From assembly GCF_005843885.1 (NCBI RefSeq), contig NZ_CP040443.1:1083898-1115897 (forward strand): a DNA stretch of 32,000 bases, read 5' to 3'. The position numbers and the translations under genes were made by a program. The notes under the pieces were generated by a model that was given only the letters and a program-made list of their open reading frames with translations, was not told the origin of the DNA and made no database searches. This DNA comes from Escherichia sp. E4742. Lineage in GTDB: Bacteria; Pseudomonadota; Gammaproteobacteria; Enterobacterales; Enterobacteriaceae. Below are positions 1 through 8,207 of the stretch, piece by piece; the stretch's first letter is position 1, and each line of letters begins with the position of its first letter.

Positions 1-283
1 AGCCCGCCAGGTGCGTCACTTCCCCGCAGATAACCGGAAACCTGGCTGTGTAAAAAAAGGAAAAAGGGTGCCGGACGTACAGCTGTCGGGAATAAAATCC
101 CGGTAACTGTCTGTACATTTTCAGACCGGTAAGTTTGCCGACCCCGGTCAGAAGGTACGGACAGCATCTTTATATTCATAACCAATTGACTTAAAAAGGA
201 AAAAAGATGAATACAAATCATCAACAACTGCCGTCCGGCATTGATGACTTCGCTGCGAACAGAGGTGCGCGTTACAAAAATTG

Positions 284-544
284 TCATGCCGCCTCCTCCG
301 CTTTTCGCTTTTTGCCGGAAATACAACATGAAAAAAGCTGGTCATGCCGCTGACGACGCTGGCGCTCCTGCAAAAGAAAGTTGTCACAACTGGAGCACAG
401 CCCCAGCCCGCTCTCATGATTCACCTTCACCCACTGCCGGGTGTCCTGACCTGCAGCATCACCAAACCGCACACCGGAATAACCACACCCGACACACACT
501 GTCCGGCTGCGTCCTGTCAGGGATTTAAACGACAGCTTTACCAT
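284..544 (-). CDS. Hypothetical small protein, possibly translationally coupled to parA
   Basis: Its ATG (544-542) overlaps the parA stop (CAATGGTAAAG gives TGG TAA in one frame and ATG GTA in the other). The Cys/Arg-rich composition is odd and other ORFs overlap it in other frames, so support is weak. Confidence 0.2.
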   Translation of the reverse strand: MVKLSFKSLTGRSRTVCVGCGYSGVRFGDAAGQDTRQWVKVNHESGLGLCSSCDNFLLQERQRRQRHDQLFSCCISGKKRKAEEAA

Positions 545-1416
545 TGACGCATGCCTCCGTTTTCCAGCAGTTCATCAAAAAACTCACTCCACTCCGGCAA
601 CAGCTCACAGGCCAGGCTGTGCATGGTGACCAGCGCAGAATCACTGCGACGGGCAGACGCTTTTTCAAGACGGTGCACCGGCTGACCGGCTGCGTGTCCC
701 TGTTTGTAAATATTCAGGTCATAAATCTGTGTTGAAAGCAGGGTGACCGCGCCTTCCGGAAGCACTTTGCTGTAGCGACCGGAGTTAATAATGTCAGTCA
801 GCTCCGCCAGTGTTTGTCTGGCCAGCGCCGTATAATCCATGCAGTTAACCAGGGTGCGGACTTTCGGCAGGGGGATACCCAGTTCACGGTAGGGCAACAG
901 GTTTTCCATGACATTGACTGTGCCACGAATGAACTCACGCACATCCGGCAGAACCGGATTCACCATCCCCACCACAGACTCCGTGGCAGACAGCACAATC
1001 ATTTCCAGCATGACGGAACGCGCGCCCTGTGAATCCACCACAATGACGTCATAGCTCTGGAAAAGCGGATGCTGGAGCACATTACGCAGACGGAGGCGAC
1101 CATCCGGTGCATGAAGCATGGCCGTTTTCAGTTGTTCATGGGGGTCATTGGAGACTATCAGGTCAAGGCCGTCGATAGCCGTGCGGGAAATGATGTTGTC
1201 GGGATGACTGAGGTCAGCCGTGCGCATCAGTAATTCAAAAAGACCGGCCGGCGCTTCATACGTCAGCGGAAAGATATTGCTTGCCGTGGGCTGGGCATGG
1301 TCTCCGTCTATCAGCAGAGTACGGAGACCAGCATCCGCCAGAAAACCGGCAAGGTTAGCAGACTGGGTTGATTTTCCTTCGCCACCTTTGGTGGACACAA
1401 CGGGCAGAATGTTCAT
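538..1416 (-). CDS. ParA/Soj-family partition ATPase
   Basis: The N-terminus MNILPVVSTKGGEGKST carries the deviant Walker A motif KGGxxK[ST], followed by LLIDGD. I placed the start at ATG 1416, which has AAGGA about 9 nt upstream. The tracked ORF extends to 1434. Confidence 0.85.
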   Translation of the reverse strand: MNILPVVSTKGGEGKSTQSANLAGFLADAGLRTLLIDGDHAQPTASNIFPLTYEAPAGLFELLMRTADLSHPDNIISRTAIDGLDLIVSNDPHEQLKTAMLHAPDGRLRLRNVLQHPLFQSYDVIVVDSQGARSVMLEMIVLSATESVVGMVNPVLPDVREFIRGTVNVMENLLPYRELGIPLPKVRTLVNCMDYTALARQTLAELTDIINSGRYSKVLPEGAVTLLSTQIYDLNIYKQGHAAGQPVHRLEKASARRSDSALVTMHSLACELLPEWSEFFDELLENGGMRQW

Positions 1417-1517
1417 TACGCACATCCTTCTCATTTATAAGTTGAGACTGGATGCACATGAAAAAAAACTCTTTTGACTACTTGACGAACTCTTAATTAT
1501 CAGAAGCTCATTGCCAT

Positions 1518-1566
1518 GGGATTGAAAATCCCCGTGTCCTTGGTTCGATTCCGAGTCCGGGCACCA
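1518..1566 (+). tRNA. Truncated tRNA-Phe(GAA): 3' 49 nt only (anticodon loop to CCA), likely an att repeat and not a functional gene
   Basis: GGGATTGAAAATCCCCGTGTCCTTGGTTCGATTCCGAGTCCGGGCACCA matches the 3' part of enterobacterial pheV/pheU as I recall it. The sequence just upstream (cagaagctcattgccat) does not encode the acceptor or D arm. The match reaches about 52 nt if one mismatch is allowed. Confidence 0.8.
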
Positions 1567-1577
1567 AATTCATATCA

Positions 1578-1604
1578 ACGGACCTCCACGGAGGTCCGTT
1601 TTTC
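1578..1604 (+). terminator. Rho-independent terminator-like hairpin downstream of the tRNA fragment
   Basis: ACGGACCTCC (1578-1587) and GGAGGTCCGT (1590-1599) are a perfect inverted repeat, followed by TTTT. Confidence 0.6.
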
Positions 1605-1763
1605 GTTTCAGGACGCCACGATTTAAGCGTTCTGCCTCCAAATCATTTCTACCGAACTCAACCAGATTCGCCCCACATCAACCTCATTGTGTGGGTATAA
1701 TTGCGGGTATACCCCAGTTCGACAGAATTTGTACCCTCTTTAACGCATTCAGAAGGCTGAACT

Positions 1764-3026
1764 ATGGCACTGACTGACGCAAAAATCCGGGCTGCAAAGC
1801 CCACTGACAAGGCTTATAAACTCACTGACGGGGCTGGCATGTTCCTGCTGGTACATCCTAATGGTTCCCGTTACTGGCGTCTCCGTTATCGTATTCTGGG
1901 TAAGGAGAAGACTCTGGCACTTGGGGTGTATCCAGAAGTTTCTCTCTCCGAAGCTCGTACAAAACGGGATGAGGCCCGAAAACTGATTTCGGAGGGGATT
2001 GACCCTTGCGAACAGAAAAGAGCTAAAAAAGTAGTCCCTGATTTACAACTCTCTTTTGAACATATTGCACGACGCTGGCATGCCAGTAATAAACAATGGG
2101 CACAATCACACAGCGATAAAGTACTCAAAAGCCTCGAGACACACGTTTTCCCCTTTATCGGCAACCGGGATATCACAACACTCAGTACCCCGGACCTGCT
2201 TATCCCTGTTCGTGCTGCAGAAGCTAAACAAATTTATGAAATCGCCAGTCGTCTGCAGCAAAGAATATCTGCTGTAATGCGTTATGCCGTACAGTCTGGC
2301 ATCATCAGATATAACCCGGCTCTGGATATGGCTGGTGCATTGACCACGGTAAAACGCCAGCATCGCCCTGCTCTGGATCTTTCACGCCTGCCTGAACTTC
2401 TGTCGCGTATTGACGGTTATAAAGGCCAGCCTGTCACCCGACTGGCAGTTATGCTGAATTTACTGGTTTTTATTCGTTCCAGTGAACTCAGATATGCCCG
2501 CTGGTCTGAAATTGATATTGACAATGCCATGTGGACTATTCCAGCCGAACGCGAACCTCTGCCAGGCGTAAAATACTCACACCGGGGCTCCAAGATGCGA
2601 ACACCACATCTTGTGCCACTCAGCCAACAGGCTGTAGCCATACTGACAGAACTTCAGACATGGGCAGGTGAAAATGGTCTGATATTTACGGGTGCACATG
2701 ACCCGCGTAAACCAATCAGTGAAAATACTGTAAATAAAGCCCTCAGGGTGATGGGGTATGACACAACCCGGGAAGTCTGTGGCCATGGATTCCGGGCGAT
2801 GGCGTGCAGTGCATTGATTGAATCAGGTTTGTGGTCCCGCGATGCTGTGGAACGTCAGATGAGCCATCAGGAGCGTAATGGTGTACGTGCTGCGTATATC
2901 CATAAAGCAGAACATCTGGAAGAACGGCGACTGATGCTACAGTGGTGGGCAGATTTTCTGGATGCGAACAGAGAACAATGTATCAGCCCGTTTGAATATG
3001 CAAAGATTAACAATCCATTAAAATAG
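1764..3026 (+). CDS. int: P4/CP4-57-type tyrosine integrase
   Basis: The N-terminus MALTDAKIRAAKP..DKAYKLTDG.GMFLLVHPNGSRYWRLRYR is the typical DUF4102 arm-binding domain. The C-terminus has HGFR (HxxR) and AAYIH (catalytic Tyr). TATAAT at 1696-1701 and a duplicated GGGTATA (1693-1699 and 1705-1711) lie upstream. Confidence 0.95.
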   Translation: MALTDAKIRAAKPTDKAYKLTDGAGMFLLVHPNGSRYWRLRYRILGKEKTLALGVYPEVSLSEARTKRDEARKLISEGIDPCEQKRAKKVVPDLQLSFEHIARRWHASNKQWAQSHSDKVLKSLETHVFPFIGNRDITTLSTPDLLIPVRAAEAKQIYEIASRLQQRISAVMRYAVQSGIIRYNPALDMAGALTTVKRQHRPALDLSRLPELLSRIDGYKGQPVTRLAVMLNLLVFIRSSELRYARWSEIDIDNAMWTIPAEREPLPGVKYSHRGSKMRTPHLVPLSQQAVAILTELQTWAGENGLIFTGAHDPRKPISENTVNKALRVMGYDTTREVCGHGFRAMACSALIESGLWSRDAVERQMSHQERNGVRAAYIHKAEHLEERRLMLQWWADFLDANREQCISPFEYAKINNPLK

Positions 3027-3032
3027 TAATCA

Positions 3033-3061
3033 TCCCGGGCTGCCAGCCCGGGAATTATTTT
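3033..3061. terminator. Hairpin between convergent int and PEtN-transferase genes
   Basis: TCCCGGGC (3033-3040) and GCCCGGGA (3046-3053) form an 8-bp GC-rich stem with a 5-nt loop, followed by ATTATTTTA. Confidence 0.6.
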
Positions 3062-3122
3062 ATGAATATTTTTCTTTGTGAGTAACCGGAAAAAAGATAG
3101 CGAAATAAATTACTTTAATGAA

Positions 3123-4727
3123 TTACTCCAGGGTTTCATTAAAGTTCTTTCGTAATACTTTGTAGTCAAACACGTTATGACTGGCATCAAAAACCACGGA
3201 TTTCCCCTGCCAGCGGGTAATCACCTCCTCCGGCGTTTTCGGTTGAGCCGGTCTGGTTACGCCCATCCATGCATTAATCAGATAATCATTATACGCAGTG
3301 GAAAAAACGCTGTTCACCGTCTGGCGATCGACATGCTCTCCCAGTGTCGGGCTGTACCAGATAAACATCGGAACATGATAAGCCTGCTGACTGGGTTTTA
3401 TTCCACCATGAAAATAGGCATGTTCTTTTGTCGGGTCATACTCCAGACCGTGATCTGAAAAATACATGACTGATGCCCGACGCGTTTCCAGCATGGCGAA
3501 AATCTGTCCCAACAAATTGTCGGTATAATAAATGGAATTATCGTAGCAGACTTCTTCTGTATCCAGCGGTTTAAACACGGCTTTATCTCTGGGCCAGTTA
3601 CTGCAGACTGGCTCATGGCTGCCCGTCAAATGCAGAACAATCAGTTTCCTGCTCCCCGGATTACTGTTCAGTGCTTCAGCCAGGTGTGGGAGCAGTAACT
3701 CATCATAGCCTCTGACATAAATTCTGTTTCTGGCCCGCATGGCGATACTGGCCACAGCCGTTCCGTTCTGTCGGAAAGCGGACTGCGCACTGAGCCACCA
3801 GGTATCGAACCCCGCCTGATTCGCCATGTTGATAATATTATCGGGGTAACGGCGAACATCATGATGCAGCACGGTATCAGCAGATAATGCCAGCGGTACC
3901 GCAAGAGCGGTATAAGGTGCCCCGCTGATTGCCTGAGTGAACAGTTTCAGTCGTGATTTCTGTTTCTGAAGCTCTGGTGTGGTTGGGCGCGAATACCCGT
4001 AAATGGACATGTTATCAGTCCTTGCAGATTCACCAATCACCAGAACAAATACGTCAGTGTTGTTATCCGTAATCATCAGATCGTAGTGAGGTATGGTATC
4101 AGCAATCGTCATTAATCTCTGATGCTCCTTTGCGGCCAGTGCAAAATAGTTCAGATTAAAGAAAGGGGTATATGTGGCAAATCGGGAAGCGACTATGTAA
4201 GGATCAACTTCATTTATTTGATACTGTTTCTTCAACGCAAACTGGAAGGAAGAATATAACGTTACTGTAATTAACAATAAAAATGTAATTACCGTGACCT
4301 TTTCCGATGGCAATGAGGACGTTTTATTTATTGCTGAACAGAAGAACAATAAAAAGAGGATAATAAATGCGATAACATAAACAACATACATCCTGAACAT
4401 TCTTATTACTTCATCAGGATCTGTCTGAAGGATACTGATTGCAAAACCATCATTAAATGTTGTGCCAAATGTACACCATGAATACAGGCTGATACTGATA
4501 TCTGCAGCAGTCAGTAATGTGAACGGGAAGGCAAGAATCAAACGCAACGTAATCGATTTCATTGCCTTAATAATAAGAAGTGCCAGGATAAAGAATAATA
4601 TCCGGTAAATCAGATGCGCTCCTGAGGATACAAGGAGATTAGAAAGGGTAAAGACAACCACTGATAACACGAGGCGCTTATCATTGCTAATCCGTGGCCA
4701 GTGTATGAATGGAAGATTAATTTTCAT
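3123..4727 (-). CDS. Sulfatase-family phosphoethanolamine transferase (EptA/OpgE/YhbX-like) inner-membrane protein
   Basis: The N-terminal half is multi-TM. The C-terminal half has motifs parallel to EptA: IGESARTDNMSIYGY (compare VGETSRAENFSLNGY), HLTGSHEP, YDNSIYYTD and SDHGLE. The ORF extends to 4796, but MKINLPF (ATG 4727) is the more plausible start. Confidence 0.85.
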   Translation of the reverse strand: MKINLPFIHWPRISNDKRLVLSVVVFTLSNLLVSSGAHLIYRILFFILALLIIKAMKSITLRLILAFPFTLLTAADISISLYSWCTFGTTFNDGFAISILQTDPDEVIRMFRMYVVYVIAFIILFLLFFCSAINKTSSLPSEKVTVITFLLLITVTLYSSFQFALKKQYQINEVDPYIVASRFATYTPFFNLNYFALAAKEHQRLMTIADTIPHYDLMITDNNTDVFVLVIGESARTDNMSIYGYSRPTTPELQKQKSRLKLFTQAISGAPYTALAVPLALSADTVLHHDVRRYPDNIINMANQAGFDTWWLSAQSAFRQNGTAVASIAMRARNRIYVRGYDELLLPHLAEALNSNPGSRKLIVLHLTGSHEPVCSNWPRDKAVFKPLDTEEVCYDNSIYYTDNLLGQIFAMLETRRASVMYFSDHGLEYDPTKEHAYFHGGIKPSQQAYHVPMFIWYSPTLGEHVDRQTVNSVFSTAYNDYLINAWMGVTRPAQPKTPEEVITRWQGKSVVFDASHNVFDYKVLRKNFNETLE

Positions 4728-4861
4728 AATAATTGAGTAAAAGCGATATTTCTGTCCGGCGCCGCTCGCTGAACATGCCGTGACAGGTAAATACATTTTT
4801 CTGAATAATCATAAAACAGGCATCATCCGCCGCCACAAATGTAACGGCGTAAACAGGAACG

Positions 4862-5146
4862 TCATGATGTTTTCTTTCGTGACAGAAGAGAACCGCATAT
4901 ACCACCCGCAATCACTATCATCAGGAATAACATCCCCAGGCCAACGATTACTCTTAATGCCGGATGAACCCGATCGGCGAGAAAAAATAACTCCATCCCG
5001 AAACCAATAACAAGCCAGGCCAGCGTCATTCCGACGAGCCCTTTTAACAACAATCTCACGATCCTCTCCTTCTGCGTTCTTAACGAAAATGCCTTACAAT
5101 AACAGCAGCCGGAGAAAGCAACGCTGGCTGCTGAACGGAATGACAT
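4862..5146 (-). CDS. Hypothetical small membrane protein (2 predicted TM helices); real start may be the internal Met at 5029
   Basis: The C-terminal 55 aa (MTLAWLVIGFGMELFF...GLGMLFLMIVIAGGICG) are hydrophobic. It is co-directional with the operon upstream. I recognise no family. Confidence 0.3.
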   Translation of the reverse strand: MSFRSAASVAFSGCCYCKAFSLRTQKERIVRLLLKGLVGMTLAWLVIGFGMELFFLADRVHPALRVIVGLGMLFLMIVIAGGICGSLLSRKKTS

Positions 5147-5198
5147 TTTACTGTTTTATGTTCTCTCAGTTTCTGTCCTGACGCCGCCATTAATGGCA

Positions 5199-5465
5199 TT
5201 ACAGTTTATTCAGAATAAGGCAGGCGGCCTGGTTTAATGCAATAAACTCCTGCCAGCTGTACTGAGACTGATAATTCAGTAAATACTGGTCTTCAACCCG
5301 GCAAATCTGTGGGCGTTTATCATAAATTGCACACAAATGAGAATCAGTCTGATAGTGGCGGCAAATACCGTCACCACGATCCAGACATTGCGTTTCACCC
5401 GCCCTGTTGACATGACGACAACAGGCCCCACACTGGTTACAGGGAAATGGAGGGTGTAATTTCAT
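5199..5465 (-). CDS. YkgJ-family Cys-cluster (CxxCxxCC) zinc/iron-chelating domain protein
   Basis: It contains CNQCGACC plus further Cys residues (C..C...C) in 88 aa. Its ATG overlaps the stop of the upstream gene (ATGA at 5462-5465), which suggests translational coupling. Confidence 0.7.
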   Translation of the reverse strand: MKLHPPFPCNQCGACCRHVNRAGETQCLDRGDGICRHYQTDSHLCAIYDKRPQICRVEDQYLLNYQSQYSWQEFIALNQAACLILNKL

Positions 5466-7033
5466 CGCTTATTTAACCAGTCACGAACAGAAGCCACATT
5501 TCCTGACTCAAACGGCAACGCAATCCCTCGTCGGCTGACTTCTTCTCTCAGCAGAAGTCCGCGCTCTATCTCACTGTTTACGCTATCCAGATGAAGTGAA
5601 AAATGATTTAACGCGGCAGCATCAACAGAAAATTCCAGCGCAGTAAGTTCCACAAGATAGCGATCAAGTTCAGCATTGACTGCCTGAAAGTATTCCAGTG
5701 ACCGCCGGAATTTGTCCTTAAATTTGTCCAGAAATGCCCATACCCGCTGCATAACCTCGCTATATTCGAGATAATAATTCATCACCAGCCCGAGAATACC
5801 TGTCGTCAGCGCACCACAAAAGGCAGCAAGCTCTGAACCAAATGGAAAAATAAGGATCTGCGCCATCGCCTCATTTATCATCACCCCTCCGGCAACAGCC
5901 ACACCTGCTGCTATCAGTTTAGTGACCGCTTTGGCTAACTGCCCCGGCGATAATCCCTCCGGGTTAAATACCAGGACTTTAAAGGCCTGAACGAGATTGT
6001 TCCACATCTCCCTGATAAGCCGGACAATCATTCTTTCCGTCGTCAGGAATATATTTAACAACGTTGTGGTAATACCTGACAGTATCCCTCCGATGACACC
6101 ATCTTTAAAGGCAATTAAAAAAGAACTGAATTTTTCCTGTACTCGTTCCTGGCAGGCACGTAATGATGACGTTATTTCGGACAGGCATTTGCCGGCGCAG
6201 AATGAGTTCCGTTGCTGTCTGATAATATGCGGGATTCGTTCCCTCACTTCGAACCAGATCTCGGCAAGAATAAGCCCCAGCATCTGTCGCGTCCCCATAC
6301 GAAAACCGGAATTAAGTGAAGCACTGGCGACAGCAGTAGCAAACTTACTACTCAGGTAATAGCTCTGATTAATCGTGGCCTCGTATTTTTCCCGGGCATA
6401 TTTATCAGCCCTTTCCATACGCTCAGTATCTGCATCAGCTTTTTTTCTCAGACTTATCAGACGTTTCTTTTCTTTTTCTGTCAGTGTTGCCTGAGATTCA
6501 AGCTCTGCTATCTGCCTTAACGTATCTTCTCTATTTTTCTGCAATGTGCAAATAAACGCATCCATTGAGTCTGCTTTCTTTGATTTATTGAGCGACTCAT
6601 GTGTGAATGCCAGATTTGAAGCGTCATTTGCCAGTTCTGCACCATCCCGTTCAGCAAGAATTCTCCCCGGATCATCATGAATTTCTTTAGCGGAAATAAT
6701 ATGATCCAGATTTTTTTTATCGTCTGAAGCAAACACTTCGCCTGTATATGCATCAGTAAGAGTCCCTGCCTGATGTGCACGCTTTCCTTTCCGGTTCGTC
6801 GCGATGTAGTTCTCATGGCTGTGGTAATGATGAGAATCATAGTCGCCACGACCTTCATACCGCTGTCGCTCAGCCTCCGTGGCATAAATGCCATTACGCA
6901 CATTATGGATAGTGTCAACATCACCACCCTTACGATCATTTAACAACAGAAAATCCAGCCCGAATGATGTAACCAGGCTCTTCACCATGGTCTGATGTAA
7001 CTCTTCTGTCCAGTCAAATTTTTCCACATTCAT
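5462..7033 (-). CDS. Membrane-anchored HNH-like nuclease: N-terminal HNH, coiled coil, three C-terminal hydrophobic helices; family not recognised
   Basis: Residues about 105-155 read KKNLDHIISAKEIHDD...NDASNLAFTHESLNKSKK, a Cys-less D-H...N...N-x-x-K pattern like the Cas9-type HNH. Residues 165-225 are charged heptad-like sequence. Hydrophobic segments lie at aa 312-331, 372-396 and 401-421. Confidence 0.6.
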   Translation of the reverse strand: MNVEKFDWTEELHQTMVKSLVTSFGLDFLLLNDRKGGDVDTIHNVRNGIYATEAERQRYEGRGDYDSHHYHSHENYIATNRKGKRAHQAGTLTDAYTGEVFASDDKKNLDHIISAKEIHDDPGRILAERDGAELANDASNLAFTHESLNKSKKADSMDAFICTLQKNREDTLRQIAELESQATLTEKEKKRLISLRKKADADTERMERADKYAREKYEATINQSYYLSSKFATAVASASLNSGFRMGTRQMLGLILAEIWFEVRERIPHIIRQQRNSFCAGKCLSEITSSLRACQERVQEKFSSFLIAFKDGVIGGILSGITTTLLNIFLTTERMIVRLIREMWNNLVQAFKVLVFNPEGLSPGQLAKAVTKLIAAGVAVAGGVMINEAMAQILIFPFGSELAAFCGALTTGILGLVMNYYLEYSEVMQRVWAFLDKFKDKFRRSLEYFQAVNAELDRYLVELTALEFSVDAAALNHFSLHLDSVNSEIERGLLLREEVSRRGIALPFESGNVASVRDWLNKR

Positions 7034-7079
7034 GTTATTTCACTTCTTGTAAAGCCGGGCTTTAACGCCCGGTAAATCA

Positions 7080-8159
7080 TTAACTCCGGGATGAAAAATC
7101 ATCAAATTTCACAACCGAACAGGCCAGTACATCATCCAGCTCTTCCTTATTAATAACATTCATTCCATTATCATCCTTTTCCATTTCAATAACGTTATCT
7201 TTTATCACCGCCTCACCATTTTCCTGTTTCCGCGGTTTAAACAGTGGCGTTGTAATAATATCCGTCATAATAGCGGCCAGTGAATATCCATGGTCAATAA
7301 GCATAATGATTTCATCTGATACACTAATATCCTGTTGTTCTGTAATAACAGAATGCATGGATTTAAGCGGATCAAAATAGTGTTTAATAAATACAGCATG
7401 CATTCTGTTCAGTGCAGTGAGAATTTCATCAACGTACTGATTAACTTTTGCAAAATGTTCCCGGGCCAGATTCATTTGCTTAACTGCCCGTTCAACTTTG
7501 CAGGCACACTGATGGGCATTTTCAAGAGCTTTCGTCGCATGTCTGTCGTAAGCCCAGCCCGCAATGGCAATCAACGGTGCAGCCACTGCAGTGCCTAATA
7601 CCATTGCGCCACCAGCCATTCCCATGCCCCCTGCAGCCAGTGAGCCCCCACCAATTGCCGCCATCGTCGCGTTATAAGCCGCGGCACCAGAAAGCGCTGC
7701 AATGGGTGTACCTGTGGAAGCCGCAGCAAATGCCATCACTCCGCTATACACAGCAAAACCCGCAGCAGCCCCGGAAACTCCGGCAGCAACGACCGTACTG
7801 AGATATTCTGTCGCTGAAATGGCCAGGTTCTGAATCTTATTGATGTTATGTTGCGGGACACTCAGTTTCAGGTCTTTATTGCCCTCTTTTTCCAGACGCG
7901 CCAGGAGCTCAGCAGCAATCCTGTCGAACTCACTGAAATCTTTACCAATCTCAAGCTCTTTATTTCCGAGCGTTGTTAATTTTGATGATGTCTGAGCTTC
8001 AGCCTGCTCAAATTTTTCTTTATGCTCCTCGTAACGCTCTTTTGCTTTTTCGAGGATATCCTCTGCTTCTGACTTTTTTTGATATCCATCGTAAGCTTTT
8101 TTTCCGCCGAATGCCGCAGCGCCGGCAGCCACACCCAAAATAATGAAAGGTAACGCCAT
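7080..8159 (-). CDS. Gly/Ala-zipper membrane protein with coiled-coil and C-terminal soluble domain; family not recognised
   Basis: AGGAGG lies 7 nt upstream of the ATG. The N-terminal hydrophobic helix is MALPFIILGVAAGAAAFGG. Residues 25-100 are a charged helical region. Residues 120-203 form a continuous G/A-rich hydrophobic block (GVSGAAAGFAVYSG...GGSLAAGGMGMAGGAMVLG...). Confidence 0.6.
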   Translation of the reverse strand: MALPFIILGVAAGAAAFGGKKAYDGYQKKSEAEDILEKAKERYEEHKEKFEQAEAQTSSKLTTLGNKELEIGKDFSEFDRIAAELLARLEKEGNKDLKLSVPQHNINKIQNLAISATEYLSTVVAAGVSGAAAGFAVYSGVMAFAAASTGTPIAALSGAAAYNATMAAIGGGSLAAGGMGMAGGAMVLGTAVAAPLIAIAGWAYDRHATKALENAHQCACKVERAVKQMNLAREHFAKVNQYVDEILTALNRMHAVFIKHYFDPLKSMHSVITEQQDISVSDEIIMLIDHGYSLAAIMTDIITTPLFKPRKQENGEAVIKDNVIEMEKDDNGMNVINKEELDDVLACSVVKFDDFSSRS

Positions 8160-8207
8160 TCTTTTCCTCCTGTACAGGTTGCTTTATCATCAATCAACTG
8201 AAGTATT

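Larger units (their letters stand above)
1..1566. mobile_element. Terminus of an integrative (ICE-like) element, bounded on the right by a tRNA-Phe 3' repeat
   Basis: A parA/soj-type gene points inward from the end. The element stops at a 49-nt copy of the tRNA-Phe 3' half (1518-1566). A new integrase gene starts just beyond it. The interior of the element lies outside the window. Confidence 0.45.

Noticed and set aside
148-547. Four mutually overlapping ORFs at the left edge (148-417, 241-528, 284-544, 344-547)
   Set aside because: At most one can be real and none has a recognisable motif. I listed only 284-544, at low confidence, because its ATG overlaps the parA stop.
3123-4796. Possibility that the PEtN transferase is an mcr-type colistin resistance gene
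   Set aside because: Shared motifs place it only in the broad EptA/OpgE/YhbX superfamily. I cannot see specific similarity to MCR proteins by eye, so no resistance claim is made.
5997-6939. ORFs 5997-6359 (+) and 6517-6939 (-)
   Set aside because: Both lie within the 523-aa HNH/membrane gene, either antisense or in an alternative frame, and the longer motif-bearing frame explains the region.
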